Counted from the stretch's first letter, positions 1 through 9,320 are shown. The stretch: 64,000 bases of DNA from Clostridia bacterium (GCA_035628995.1 DASPIR010000017.1:4651-68650); one strand, 5' to 3'. The notes: generated from the sequence alone by a model not told the origin. Translations and numbers: made by a program.

Positions 1-1
1 T

Positions 2-241
2 GTACAGAATTATGAGACTTTCTATGAGACTATAAAACAATTAGGTAGCTATTGGTGTCACCCTTTAGAATCAGTATGGCTTGTTAAAACAAGTTTGAGT
101 TCGGTGGATATATATAATAGTATTAAACCAGTCTTACAATCAGATAACGATTTATTATTTATTGTTGAAATTACAGAAAACTATTATGGATGCATGAGTA
201 ATGAGACTTGGGAACATATTAAAAACGGAATTTTTGCATAA
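2..241 (+). CDS. hypothetical small protein, C-terminal part (5' end outside the window)
   Basis: Frame 2 is open from the window edge to TAA at 239-241 (..YETFYETIKQLGSYWCHPLESVWLVKTSL..FIVEITENYYG..). A hairpin/T-run terminator follows directly. No family recognised. Confidence 0.4.
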   Translation, partial: VQNYETFYETIKQLGSYWCHPLESVWLVKTSLSSVDIYNSIKPVLQSDNDLLFIVEITENYYGCMSNETWEHIKNGIFA

Positions 242-243
242 TA

Positions 244-271
244 AAAAGCACTCATTACGAGTGCTTTTTTT
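244..271 (+). terminator. rho-independent terminator
   Basis: aaaaGCACTC-attac-GAGTGCttttttt sits immediately after the stop at 239-241. Confidence 0.7.
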
Positions 272-488
272 ATGATTGCTGTTTTTTCATATATATGTTA
301 TCTAGTGGTGAGAACTTTTTATAGTTATTTAGCACATATGCCGAAGCTAATTGAGAATATTTCCGTACCATTTGAAGAGAAGTATGTCCTAGGATATGCT
401 GAAAGCTGAAAATATCTCCACTATTCATAAGATAGTTTGTTGCGAATGTATGTCCCAGTGAATAGTGAGTGCTAGGCACCGCTCGCAT
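270..488 (-). pseudogene. tyrosine recombinase (phage-integrase family) C-terminal stub
   Basis: The 72-aa ORF carries only the box II to Tyr region (..HYSLGHTFATNYL..FQHILGHTSLQMVRKYSQ..). The N-terminal ~250 aa are absent, and the box II Arg position reads Gly (LGH instead of LRH). Confidence 0.75.
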
Positions 489-1130
489 ATATTAAGGTAA
501 ATATTTACTATAGATACACCTTCTGATACTATAATGTCAGGGGGTATATTATTTGGGGGAACTATAGATAAAATAAGCGGAGTGCGATATAGGCATAACA
601 GAATCCGCGGTAAGTAGGGACCTAATAAAATAAGTGCGAAACTGCGGTGCCTGACACCATATTTAATGAAGCTAAAGTGAAAGCAGATGGCTATGAGTTT
701 CTGCTTGTTTGTACCAGGCTATACCTGGCAAGACATGCTCCGGATTTGGTAGAGAAAAAAGAGTTGCCGAAGCCTATAAATCAACATCGGCAACAGAAGC
801 CGTGCCATAGAACTTCTAATATAAGCGAGGATATTATAGACAAAATTAATGCACTGCAGGAATGGCATACCTTACCGGGTAAGAAATTGTCTTGTAGAGA
901 GATTGCAACAAAACGGTTTATGGTATTCAGATTGATTACTCGACAGTATGCAGGGTCCTAAAAGGTACTTATAAGCCTAAGTTGAAGAAGAGTTAAGAAT
1001 CGAGTGAGCTGTTGCCGAAGTCCGAATATCAATATTGGCAACACTGATAGAAATAAACAAGCTACATTTCTATCAGTAGAACGATTAAAAAATCGAGACA
1101 ATGTTATATGATGTGCAGGGATAGGCCCAA

Positions 1131-1376
1131 ATGTGGAGAATAATACCATACAAAGGGGTGATTTATGTGTATAAATCTGATGATGACGACCCGCATAAGA
1201 AGTTTGGAGTCATAAAAGGCGGTGGCAAGGATACTAAGAAGAAAGAGTCTTTTGAGGACCATTTAAGCAAACATATAGAGACCCCATCAAGCCATAAAAA
1301 CAGAATTACTCACTCAGGTGGTACTGACCCTGAACCAAAAGAATGGTCACATGTGGATGATCCACGCCCAGACTGA
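1131..1376 (+). CDS. small hydrophilic hypothetical protein (start uncertain; possible GTG near 1166 after the GGGGTG Shine-Dalgarno)
   Basis: ORF with charged low-complexity sequence (..KSDDDDPHKKFGVIKGGGKDTKKKE..). A hairpin/T-run lies downstream at 1423-1446. No family recognised. Confidence 0.3.
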   Translation: MWRIIPYKGVIYVYKSDDDDPHKKFGVIKGGGKDTKKKESFEDHLSKHIETPSSHKNRITHSGGTDPEPKEWSHVDDPRPD

Positions 1377-1422
1377 AAGTCAAATATAGACGATCCAGAT
1401 CCGTATTAATATATTATTTATG

Positions 1423-1446
1423 AGAGCCAATAGGCTCTTTTATTTT
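1423..1446 (+). terminator. putative rho-independent terminator
   Basis: AGAGCC-aata-GGCTCT followed by tttatttt. Confidence 0.5.
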
Positions 1447-1523
1447 GTGGATTACTTTTACATCATTAATTGTCCACCTTTCTACTATGTGATAATATGG
1501 GAATAGAAGGAAGGCGATTGTAT

Positions 1524-1859
1524 ATGCGTAATCAAAATAATGAAACTCTTATTATAAAGGCAATAGGAGAAAGAAAGGTAATCACATTTGACTACAAAAG
1601 CGATGCCGACCCAATAGGAACAATGAGAAGTGGCAATCCTCATGCAATGTATGAACACCTAAAAACGGGTAATGTTTTACTTGATTTATTTCAAACAGAA
1701 GGTCAATCAAGTGAGAGATATAAATTACCAGTATGGCGAGAATTTAAGGTAGATAAAATGAGTAATATTAGAATTATGGATAATAGAAATTTTGAGACAC
1801 AGAAGAATTACAATCCAAATGCCGAAAAGTACTTAAGGGCAATCGCTAAAATAAGATAG
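1524..1859 (+). CDS. hypothetical protein, possibly WYL-like domain
   Basis: ATG at 1524 follows GAAGGAAGG. The sequence ..RKVITFDYKS..RSGNPHAMY..GNVLLDLFQTEGQS..WREFKVDKMSNIRIMD.. resembles the WYL-type beta-barrel pattern. This is a weak call made by eye. Confidence 0.4.
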   Translation: MRNQNNETLIIKAIGERKVITFDYKSDADPIGTMRSGNPHAMYEHLKTGNVLLDLFQTEGQSSERYKLPVWREFKVDKMSNIRIMDNRNFETQKNYNPNAEKYLRAIAKIR

Positions 1860-1862
1860 TTA

Positions 1863-1925
1863 GTGCCAGGTACAGCACTTAAGAACATATTGTTATAATA
1901 AGTTCTTAAGTGCTGTACCTGGCAC
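1863..1925. repeat. 24-bp perfect inverted repeat (long hairpin)
   Basis: GTGCCAGGTACAGCACTTAAGAAC (1863-1886), then a 15-nt loop, then GTTCTTAAGTGCTGTACCTGGCAC (1902-1925). No T-run follows. Confidence 0.9.
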
Positions 1926-2029
1926 CAATTTCGGAATCATACTTTATGAAATCAAATAGGGTTAAGAAAACTTTTGTGAAATGATTTTATTAATTCACTT
2001 TTATAAAAGAATAGAAAGAAGGTTTTGCA

Positions 2030-3196
2030 ATGAAAAGAATATGCTTTCTAGTTATAGTTCTACTTTTGAGTATGATTAGCGTTTATGCTTCTGACAGCGT
2101 AGTAACAATAACTGATATTGATACATGGAATCATCCTGTAAAGTTAGTCTTGTCTGACTATGGTGTAAATGTAACGAAAGTAGAGTTTCTTAGTAATAAG
2201 ACATATCCAGTAATTTATTGCAATTTTCCAGCATATTCAGCGTTGCAAGAAAAGGAAACTTTTGAGCAAATGTTAGTAGAAGTCTTAAAGTCAAATGGAT
2301 ATTGGAGCTATAAGTTAGTAAGCGATAAATATGAAGTCAATGTAGAAGGAGATATTAATGATAAAAAATACATAAAAATATCCTATAAAAATATGGACAA
2401 GTATTTTAAAATGTTTCCTAACGCTGAAAACATTAAGATTAATCTTGAACAAGCTACAAAATTAATGACAAATGAATTTGGCGAGAGCCATGAAACTGAA
2501 TTAATTGAAGAAGGCAATTATAAAGTATCCATAATTAATGCAATAGATGGAGTAATTGAATACGATAACAATTATTATTATAGTGTCCATACTTATGAAT
2601 CACATTATGACCATACTGCAACTTTGGGATGGGCCTTAATTGACGCTATTGATGGCAGCATATATTACGATAATCTGGATGATACAGCTACCCTTGTTAA
2701 TGATAGTAAGAAGTCAATTGTGTTGAATTCGCTTAATGATGGGACTGTCTATAAATTACTTAATTCATCACTTGCTTCGTACAAATATTCATATTTATGG
2801 CAATACAATAAGAAAACTAAAGAACTCCAGAAGGTAGATCTGAATGGATTAAAGATTGTAGCAAATATAAAACTTTCAGAAACATTTATTAAGGGAGATG
2901 TAATTAGCGTTGATGAGCCAGGTATCTATTCAGGTGAGAGCGTTTCTACAAATACCGTGGTAGTAGCTACAAAGGATAAGGAGCAATTTAATATTTATAA
3001 ATCAATCAATGAAAGTGATAATTTCAAATGGTATTTAGATATTAATTCTTTAAAGTCAGTTTATAAAGAGTTGACTGATGTAGCATATTTTAAAGGCGAA
3101 TATACTTATGAACTATCAATTAATTATGGGAAAATAATGATTGAATTTATTAATGATTCAAGTGATGGGTGGATTGATTTATCAAATAATAAATAG
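2030..3196 (+). CDS. secreted hypothetical protein
   Basis: 388-aa ORF with an N-terminal signal peptide (MKRICFLVIVLLLSMISVYA/SD). Asn/Tyr-rich. No catalytic motif recognised. Confidence 0.6.
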   Translation: MKRICFLVIVLLLSMISVYASDSVVTITDIDTWNHPVKLVLSDYGVNVTKVEFLSNKTYPVIYCNFPAYSALQEKETFEQMLVEVLKSNGYWSYKLVSDKYEVNVEGDINDKKYIKISYKNMDKYFKMFPNAENIKINLEQATKLMTNEFGESHETELIEEGNYKVSIINAIDGVIEYDNNYYYSVHTYESHYDHTATLGWALIDAIDGSIYYDNLDDTATLVNDSKKSIVLNSLNDGTVYKLLNSSLASYKYSYLWQYNKKTKELQKVDLNGLKIVANIKLSETFIKGDVISVDEPGIYSGESVSTNTVVVATKDKEQFNIYKSINESDNFKWYLDINSLKSVYKELTDVAYFKGEYTYELSINYGKIMIEFINDSSDGWIDLSNNK

Positions 3197-3337
3197 CATC
3201 AAAAGACTAATAAAAGCTAAGTGCCACATAAGTTTTTTATTAAGATATTCACCCTTCGCCGATGATCTTTAGTAACACTTTATTTTCGCTTGCATAGTAT
3301 GTATAGTGCACTAATTTTGAAAATAAGAGGCGATATA

Positions 3338-3559
3338 ATGGATACTGCCAGAGAGCAAGTAGGCGCAACAAATTTTCCAAACTACCTGAAAAAGTTTATT
3401 GGTAAAAAAGTCAGTATTGATTTTCTGATTGGCACAAACAAGTTGATTCATAAAACCGGAGTTTTAAAAGATGTTGGACCTGATTATGTTGCTTTCGTTA
3501 ATCCAAATGGATTAACAACTATAGCTGATTTATTCTCAATTAAATTTATAGATGTATGA
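3338..3559 (+). CDS. GerQ-like spore coat protein (small)
   Basis: ATG at 3338 follows AAGAGG. The sequence ..YLKKFIGKKVSIDFLIGTNKLIHKTGVLKDVGPDYVAFVNPNGLTTIADLFSIKFI.. matches the GerQ/YwdL-type pattern recalled from Bacillus. Confidence 0.5.
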   Translation: MDTAREQVGATNFPNYLKKFIGKKVSIDFLIGTNKLIHKTGVLKDVGPDYVAFVNPNGLTTIADLFSIKFIDV

Positions 3560-3563
3560 GATA

Positions 3564-3622
3564 AGTGGCAGGCACTAGAGTTATTTATGAGTAAATCTCA
3601 AATAACTTTGGTGCCTGCCACT
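3564..3622 (+). terminator. long imperfect hairpin after the GerQ-like gene
   Basis: AGTGGCAGGCAC pairs with GTGCCTGCCACT as the outer 12-bp stem, and there is further imperfect inner pairing. Confidence 0.5.
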
Positions 3623-3652
3623 CTAATTTCTTCAACATTTGACATAGATACA

Positions 3653-3690
3653 AATACCTCGCAACCTTGTATACAAAGTTGCGAGGTATT
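3653..3690. repeat. 38-nt near-perfect palindrome between convergent genes
   Basis: AATACCTCGCAACCTTGTA|TACAAAGTTGCGAGGTATT has one mismatch and a TTGTATACAA core. It is probably a bidirectional terminator hairpin. Confidence 0.7.
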
Positions 3691-3714
3691 GTCCTAAAAA
3701 CTGAACTTCTGTAT

Positions 3715-5199
3715 TTAGAGTATATATCCCAGTGCGAAGATTATCAGCGCTAAAACGAATATGCCGTATGCTGAGTTTCTCCAAACATTGAACTGCTTGT
3801 CTAATGCAGCTTTTTCCGCTACAGTCGGAGGAGTGGTCTGTAATGTGAGCAATTCCAAATCAATAGATTCCTGCGGAATTGGTCTCTTTCTTACAAAAAT
3901 GAAGTAATAACCCAAGCATATCACCGACAAGATAATGTTGTAAGGAAGAGCGGTCCAATCTACAGCCAGTACCATTAAGCCGGCATATGTGACGATACTG
4001 AAGTATGCACCAAATACACCAAAGGGTACTTTGAATGGTCTTTCGAGATTCGGTTCTTTTTTATATAGCATGATATAAGAAATGTAACCGATAATGTAAG
4101 CAATCATCTGAGAAAATGCACACATTGCAGCAATGATAGCTATAGAGCCGGTTGCAATTAATAGTATAGCTATAATACCAACGACTACTACTGCGAAATG
4201 AGGGCTCTTGTACTTCGGATGAATCTTTCCGAATACCTTAGGGAAACAACCGTCCTGAGCCATAATGTACATGTATCTTGCAGGGCCGGCTACACAAGGA
4301 TTCATTGTGGAGAAGTCACCACCGAAGGTAATTCCGAGACACAATACAATGAACGGAATTCCAATGATACCAGCAAGCTGCATAGCCTCTGCAAACGGAG
4401 CTCCTGCGGTTGCTAACATAGCCTGGCTAGCCAGTGGAGTAAGTCCTACTAAGAACCACTGGAACAGAGCGTTCACACCAAATACGATAAATGGAGAAAT
4501 GACCAATGCGCGAGGAATTGTGATCTGCGGGAACTTTACTTCTGCACCCATACCTACAACAGTTTCAAATCCTGCAAAGCACCACCATACCATAACTATG
4601 ACCTTTGCAAATGCAGTGACTTCATGCGGTACGCCCTGCAACAACGGAACAAAGTTTTGGAACTGCATATCTTTGATTACCATTGCGAACCATACGAGGG
4701 ATGCTCCCCAGAAGAAGTACATGAAAGCGTTCTGCCATTTTCCGGCAAATTCGATGCCTTTGTAATTAATTACAACGAAGAAGACCATCATGACACTGGC
4801 TATGATTCTGCTGTCAAATTCATAATCAACTCCAACTGCCTTTAGCAGCCATCCAAAATAGTTGGCGAAAGCCAAAGCTTCAGAACCACCGATGCCGATT
4901 TGAGCAACCGTATAATGCCAGCTGCAGAATACGGCTGTAGGGTAGTTAATTGCACGCCTAGCATAGGCATATGTACCGCCGGCTAAAGGAAGAGTTGCTC
5001 CCAATTCACCATAAATAGCAGCGGGCCACAGTACCAACAAGAATGCCAAAATAGTTGCCAGTATAACGGAACTTCCCATTACACCCACTTGTGAAGAACC
5101 AACTGTGAACAGACCTACACCAATTACAGCACCGGTTGTGATGGTGACGCACTCGGGTAATCCAAGGGCACGAGTTAATTGCTTGTCAGATACGTTCAT
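3715..5199 (-). CDS. APC-family amino acid permease
   Basis: About 12 TM segments with typical APC N-terminus (..ITTGAVIGVGLF..). Start chosen at the ATG (5199) preceded by GGAGGTTGG. Confidence 0.8.
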   Translation of the reverse strand: MNVSDKQLTRALGLPECVTITTGAVIGVGLFTVGSSQVGVMGSSVILATILAFLLVLWPAAIYGELGATLPLAGGTYAYARRAINYPTAVFCSWHYTVAQIGIGGSEALAFANYFGWLLKAVGVDYEFDSRIIASVMMVFFVVINYKGIEFAGKWQNAFMYFFWGASLVWFAMVIKDMQFQNFVPLLQGVPHEVTAFAKVIVMVWWCFAGFETVVGMGAEVKFPQITIPRALVISPFIVFGVNALFQWFLVGLTPLASQAMLATAGAPFAEAMQLAGIIGIPFIVLCLGITFGGDFSTMNPCVAGPARYMYIMAQDGCFPKVFGKIHPKYKSPHFAVVVVGIIAILLIATGSIAIIAAMCAFSQMIAYIIGYISYIMLYKKEPNLERPFKVPFGVFGAYFSIVTYAGLMVLAVDWTALPYNIILSVICLGYYFIFVRKRPIPQESIDLELLTLQTTPPTVAEKAALDKQFNVWRNSAYGIFVLALIIFALGYIL

Positions 5200-5534
5200 T
5201 CTCCAACCTCCTAATTTAATAAAATAGATATGAGTGAGTTTCATAAAAATAAAATTTTCATAGAAATTTTATTTTTATGAAAAAATGTAGTTTTGTGAAA
5301 AATGTTGCAGAAAAAAGTTATATATCGAAATTTGCAATTTTCTGTCACATTATCACCTGCTATAATTATACTCTCTGGGATAATTGTCCCACTAGCACAA
5401 ATCGGAAATTGATTATTTTTTTTTAAAATGATAAACTGAAAGTGAATTTGGACATGTTCCGATTTGTACTAGTTAATAATTTAATCCTAATATAGACTAT
5501 AGTAAAAGCAGCAAAAAGGAGCGGAAGCAGTAAT

Positions 5535-6431
5535 ATGTCATACATTATCAGTGACAGGCAATATCTGTCCTCAAACAGAAGAAAAGCCAAATACGTTCCG
5601 TACAAGACTCGCTTGGATTCCTGTACACATGAAGAATTAGAGGTCACATTCGGACATCCTCTCTATACTTTTGTTGCGGATTTTTTAGAAATTTCACCAA
5701 ACCTTACTGGTGTGCCTGGAGATGGATTTGAATTTCCAATCATTCCAGATGGGTGTGTCTCTATTATTATAATTCTCAACAAGGGTGAAATCCGGGGTTA
5801 TTTATGCGGAGTAATCGAGGAGATTCAAAAAATCATACTCCATGAAAATGAGATTGCCTTTATAGCCCGTTACCTCCCCGGTGGAGTTCGTCCTTTTTTG
5901 CGGGAGCCGATCCGTACATATACTAACCGCTCCTGTTCTTTGTCGGAAGTGCTCCCTAATTACAGTCTTCTCTTTTCCGCTTTCGCAAAGTCTTCAGCAT
6001 TTTCAGAACGCTTACTTGCCTTTTCCAAAACTATGCGTCCACAGTATCTCGATAAAAAAGAAGCACATTACTTACTGAACTATTGTGTAGACAAAATATA
6101 CGACAGAAAAGGAAATATAAAAATCTCTGATCTTTCTAAGGAGGCTGGCTTTAGCGAACGTTATATTGGAAAACTATTTGATCAATGGGTGGGAATATCT
6201 CCAAAGCTATACGCAGAAATCATGAGGTTTCAGTTTTCTCTTGAGCAATTGGAAGAGATTGAAATTAAGCCTGATAGAATTATACTAGATACAGCATTGG
6301 ATAGCGGATTCTTCGATCATGCACACATGAACCGCTGTTACCAACGTTTTTTACATTGCACGACCGGTACGCTGAGCAAATTTGGATTTGAAGGGTTAGA
6401 TCTTTCCAACGTTCCCAAATTAATACCGTAA
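5535..6431 (+). CDS. AraC-family transcriptional regulator
   Basis: C-terminal double HTH (..ISDLSKEAGFSERYIGKLFDQWVGISPKLYAEIMRFQ..). Confidence 0.8.
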   Translation: MSYIISDRQYLSSNRRKAKYVPYKTRLDSCTHEELEVTFGHPLYTFVADFLEISPNLTGVPGDGFEFPIIPDGCVSIIIILNKGEIRGYLCGVIEEIQKIILHENEIAFIARYLPGGVRPFLREPIRTYTNRSCSLSEVLPNYSLLFSAFAKSSAFSERLLAFSKTMRPQYLDKKEAHYLLNYCVDKIYDRKGNIKISDLSKEAGFSERYIGKLFDQWVGISPKLYAEIMRFQFSLEQLEEIEIKPDRIILDTALDSGFFDHAHMNRCYQRFLHCTTGTLSKFGFEGLDLSNVPKLIP

Positions 6432-6543
6432 GACAATTTCTGTGATTGCATCATCTTAAGATGATTACAACATAATATTCATTTATTTCACATGGTATAC
6501 CAAAAAAGCGGTACAGCACAATCATTTTAAAGGAGGAATTGGC

Positions 6544-8040
6544 GTGGCCAAAAAATTTTATTTAGGTCTTGACCAAGGTACTACAAGTACCACAGCCTTG
6601 CTCTTGGATTCAGAATGGAACGTTGCAGCCAGAGGGAATAAAACACACACACAATACTATCCAAAGCCCGGATGGATTGAGCATGACCCTATGGAAATAT
6701 GGAGAGCAATTTTAGAATCAATACAGATGGCTATGACCGAGGCCGATGCAAAGCCCGAAGAAATTGCCTGTATTGGTCTTGATAATCAAGGAGAAACCGT
6801 ACTCCTATGGGATAAGTTAACCGGCGTACCTATCTACAATGCCATTGTTTGGCAGGACCGCCGTACTGCCCGCTATGCAGATTCTTTAACTGAAAAACAT
6901 GGTGAATTAGTCCGGAAAAAAACAGGGTTAATGATCGACGCCTATTTTAGTGCGACCAAAATCAAATGGATTTTAGATAATGTTCCAGGTGCGAAAGAGA
7001 AGGCCCGGGAAGGCAGGATTATTGCAGGTACTCTGGATACTTGGATGATTTGGAAAATGACTCACGGTCGGATTCATATTACTGACTATTCCACCGCTTC
7101 CCGAACGATGCTCCTCAATATACATACCGGTCAATGGGATGAAGATATTTTAAATATTCTAGAGATAGACAAGCGCATCTTGCCGGAAATCTGCGATAGT
7201 TCAATGGTATACGGATACACCGATCCTTTGGACTTCTTCGGTGCTAAAATTCCCATTTCCGGTTCTGTCGTAGACCAACAGGCCGCACTGTTTGGACAGG
7301 CCTGCTACACTCCGGGAAGCATCAAAACCACATACGGAACAGGATGCTTTATGCTTATGAACACAGGAGACAAACCAGTATATTCGAAAAACGGACTTCT
7401 GACCACCGTCGCCTGGGGCCTAAACGGCAAGATGACCTTCGCTTTAGATGGCGGCATCTACATTGCCGGTGCAGCAACCCAATGGCTCAAGGACGGCATC
7501 AAAATTATTGAAAAGGCTTCTCAGACAGAGGAAATGGCCGTAGCTGCTAAAAGCAATGGAGGCGTTTACTTTGTCCCTGCTTTCTCAGGACTTGCCGCGC
7601 CTCACTGGGACTCTTATGCTCGAGGTATGATGATTGGTATTACCGGCGGCACTTCAAGAGAAGAGATCGTACGTGCCACACTGGAAGCCATAGCATATCA
7701 AGTCAAAGATAATCTAGACGTTATGAACATGGATGCCAGTATTCCAATTAAAATCATGCGGGCAGACGGTGGAGCCGTAGTCAACAATTTCCTGATGCAA
7801 TTCCAAGCTGATATTTTAGGTATTGCCGTGGATATTCCGGAAATCAATGAGTCCACAGCTTTGGGCGCAGCTTATCTGGCAGCCCTAGGCATCGGTGAAT
7901 TCAAATCCATCCATGAACTTGCGGACAATTGGAAGTTGGCCAAGCGTTTTGAACCAAAGATGGGCTCCGACGAACGAGAATCTCTTCTCTACAACTGGCA
8001 TCGTGCCGTAGAACGGTCAAAAAACTGGATTCAAGATTAA
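6544..8040 (+). CDS. glpK: glycerol kinase family (FGGY) protein
   Basis: Near-collinear with canonical GlpK (..LDQGTTS.., YPKPGWIEHDPMEIW, IVWQDRRT, TYGTGCFMLMNTG). Position 83 is Gly in NQGET where E. coli GlpK has Arg (NQRET). Confidence 0.85.
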   Translation: MAKKFYLGLDQGTTSTTALLLDSEWNVAARGNKTHTQYYPKPGWIEHDPMEIWRAILESIQMAMTEADAKPEEIACIGLDNQGETVLLWDKLTGVPIYNAIVWQDRRTARYADSLTEKHGELVRKKTGLMIDAYFSATKIKWILDNVPGAKEKAREGRIIAGTLDTWMIWKMTHGRIHITDYSTASRTMLLNIHTGQWDEDILNILEIDKRILPEICDSSMVYGYTDPLDFFGAKIPISGSVVDQQAALFGQACYTPGSIKTTYGTGCFMLMNTGDKPVYSKNGLLTTVAWGLNGKMTFALDGGIYIAGAATQWLKDGIKIIEKASQTEEMAVAAKSNGGVYFVPAFSGLAAPHWDSYARGMMIGITGGTSREEIVRATLEAIAYQVKDNLDVMNMDASIPIKIMRADGGAVVNNFLMQFQADILGIAVDIPEINESTALGAAYLAALGIGEFKSIHELADNWKLAKRFEPKMGSDERESLLYNWHRAVERSKNWIQD

Positions 8041-8078
8041 CTTATATATATGTAATATCTGAAGGGAGATGTTTTTCA

Positions 8079-9164
8079 TTGAGTAAACCAAAATTATTTA
8101 GTCCGGGTCCTGTTATGGTAAAGGACAATGTTCGCGAGGCGCTGCTTCATTATGACATCTGCCACCGTGGGGCAGAATTTGAGACACTTTTTGAAGACAT
8201 GCAAAAAAAGATCAATACGCTGTTCAATGCCGATGACAGCTACTACTCTGTAATAATTTCAGGTTCTGGTACATCCGCAAACGAAACAGTACTTTCCTCT
8301 GTTTTTCAGAATGGTGATCAAGCACTGCTAGTCAAAAATGGCGTATTCGGAGAAAGACTGGAAGATATACTTCGTAAATATGAAGTGCCTATAGTAGAGG
8401 CTTCCTTTGAATGGTCTGAGTATCCGGATTTAGCAAAAATAGAAGAATTGATTGCGGCAAACCCAAAGGTCAAGGTAGTTGCCATGGTATTCCATGAAAC
8501 CTCGACTGGTATGATTAATCCAGTCAAAGAAGTGGGCGCTCTATGTAAGAAATACAATAAGTGGTTTTATGTAGATTCCGTATCCGCTGCAGCTGGGGAG
8601 TATATTGATGTGGTGGAAAATAATATCACATTTACCTCATCAGTAGGCGGCAAATGCGTTGGTGCATTCCCTGGCTCCGCATATGTATGTGCAAAGGAAG
8701 AAGTCCTGAAATCCATTACTAAGGAACAGGGCAAGAATGTATATCTAAACTTGGCAAAACATTATGCAAGTGCAAAAGAAAGCCATCAGACGCCAAACAC
8801 GCCGAACGTTACCCTCTTCTGGGCGTTAAATCAAGCTCTGACGAATATTCTGGAGGAAGGACTGGATCAGCAGATCATGCGTTATAAAAAATGTGCCTCC
8901 ATCCTCCGCACCGGCATGCATGACTTGGGGCTGAAAATGCTCCTTCCTGAAAAATATATGTCCAATACCGTTACCTCCGTATTCCTACCAGAAGGCAAGG
9001 ATCTGAATACGTTCCTGAAAGATATGGAAGACCACGGTTATGTGGTGTACAGCGGTAAAGGAAAATATCTGGATATGGGCATGTTCCAAGTCGCTAACAT
9101 GGGCGAAATCTACGAAGAAGACTGCAAAGAATTCTTAAAGGTTCTGGAAGCCTGCATCAAATAA
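8079..9164 (+). CDS. class V PLP-dependent aminotransferase (serine-pyruvate / AEP-transaminase-like)
   Basis: ..LFSPGPVMV..HRGAEF..ISGSGTSANE..SSVGGKCVGAFPG.. (putative PLP lysine). Confidence 0.75.
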   Translation: MSKPKLFSPGPVMVKDNVREALLHYDICHRGAEFETLFEDMQKKINTLFNADDSYYSVIISGSGTSANETVLSSVFQNGDQALLVKNGVFGERLEDILRKYEVPIVEASFEWSEYPDLAKIEELIAANPKVKVVAMVFHETSTGMINPVKEVGALCKKYNKWFYVDSVSAAAGEYIDVVENNITFTSSVGGKCVGAFPGSAYVCAKEEVLKSITKEQGKNVYLNLAKHYASAKESHQTPNTPNVTLFWALNQALTNILEEGLDQQIMRYKKCASILRTGMHDLGLKMLLPEKYMSNTVTSVFLPEGKDLNTFLKDMEDHGYVVYSGKGKYLDMGMFQVANMGEIYEEDCKEFLKVLEACIK

Positions 9165-9282
9165 TAAGTCTGCCGCTACTTTCTATCCAATATTTTCGAG
9201 GTATTTGTTTATTAATGATCTTGTGAGTATAAAACTATGTGCAATTCAGCATAAATTATTACAATAAAAAAACTCCTAATAT

Positions 9283-9316
9283 AAAAATAGCACCCTGCTA
9301 AGGGTGCTATTTTTAT
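9283..9316 (+). terminator. rho-independent terminator
   Basis: ATAGCACCCT-gcta-AGGGTGCTAT followed by ttttt. Confidence 0.75.
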
Positions 9317-9320
9317 ATTC

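Noticed and set aside
647-961. 104-aa ORF as a real gene
   Set aside because: It has a non-ATG start without an RBS and no family match. The only recognisable piece (an HTH-like segment) is split across two frames, so I treat it as a remnant, not a gene.
633-1150. Possible ORF-less group II intron (GTGCG motifs at ~585 and ~633, several hairpins)
   Set aside because: I could not find a domain V-like 34-nt hairpin (..AGC..GAAA..GGUUC type), a domain VI bulged-A helix, or an intron-encoded protein. The GTGCG matches are too short to be meaningful.
3653-3690. The palindrome shares the TTGTATACAA core with the predicted GntR operator at 22716-22735, so it might be a distant regulon site
   Set aside because: It sits between two convergent stop codons, where a bidirectional terminator is expected. 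A 10-nt AT-rich core match is likely coincidental, so it is kept only as a repeat or terminator feature.
4198-4845. Plus-strand ORFs of 72-166 aa
   Set aside because: They are antisense to the APC permease and are shadow ORFs.
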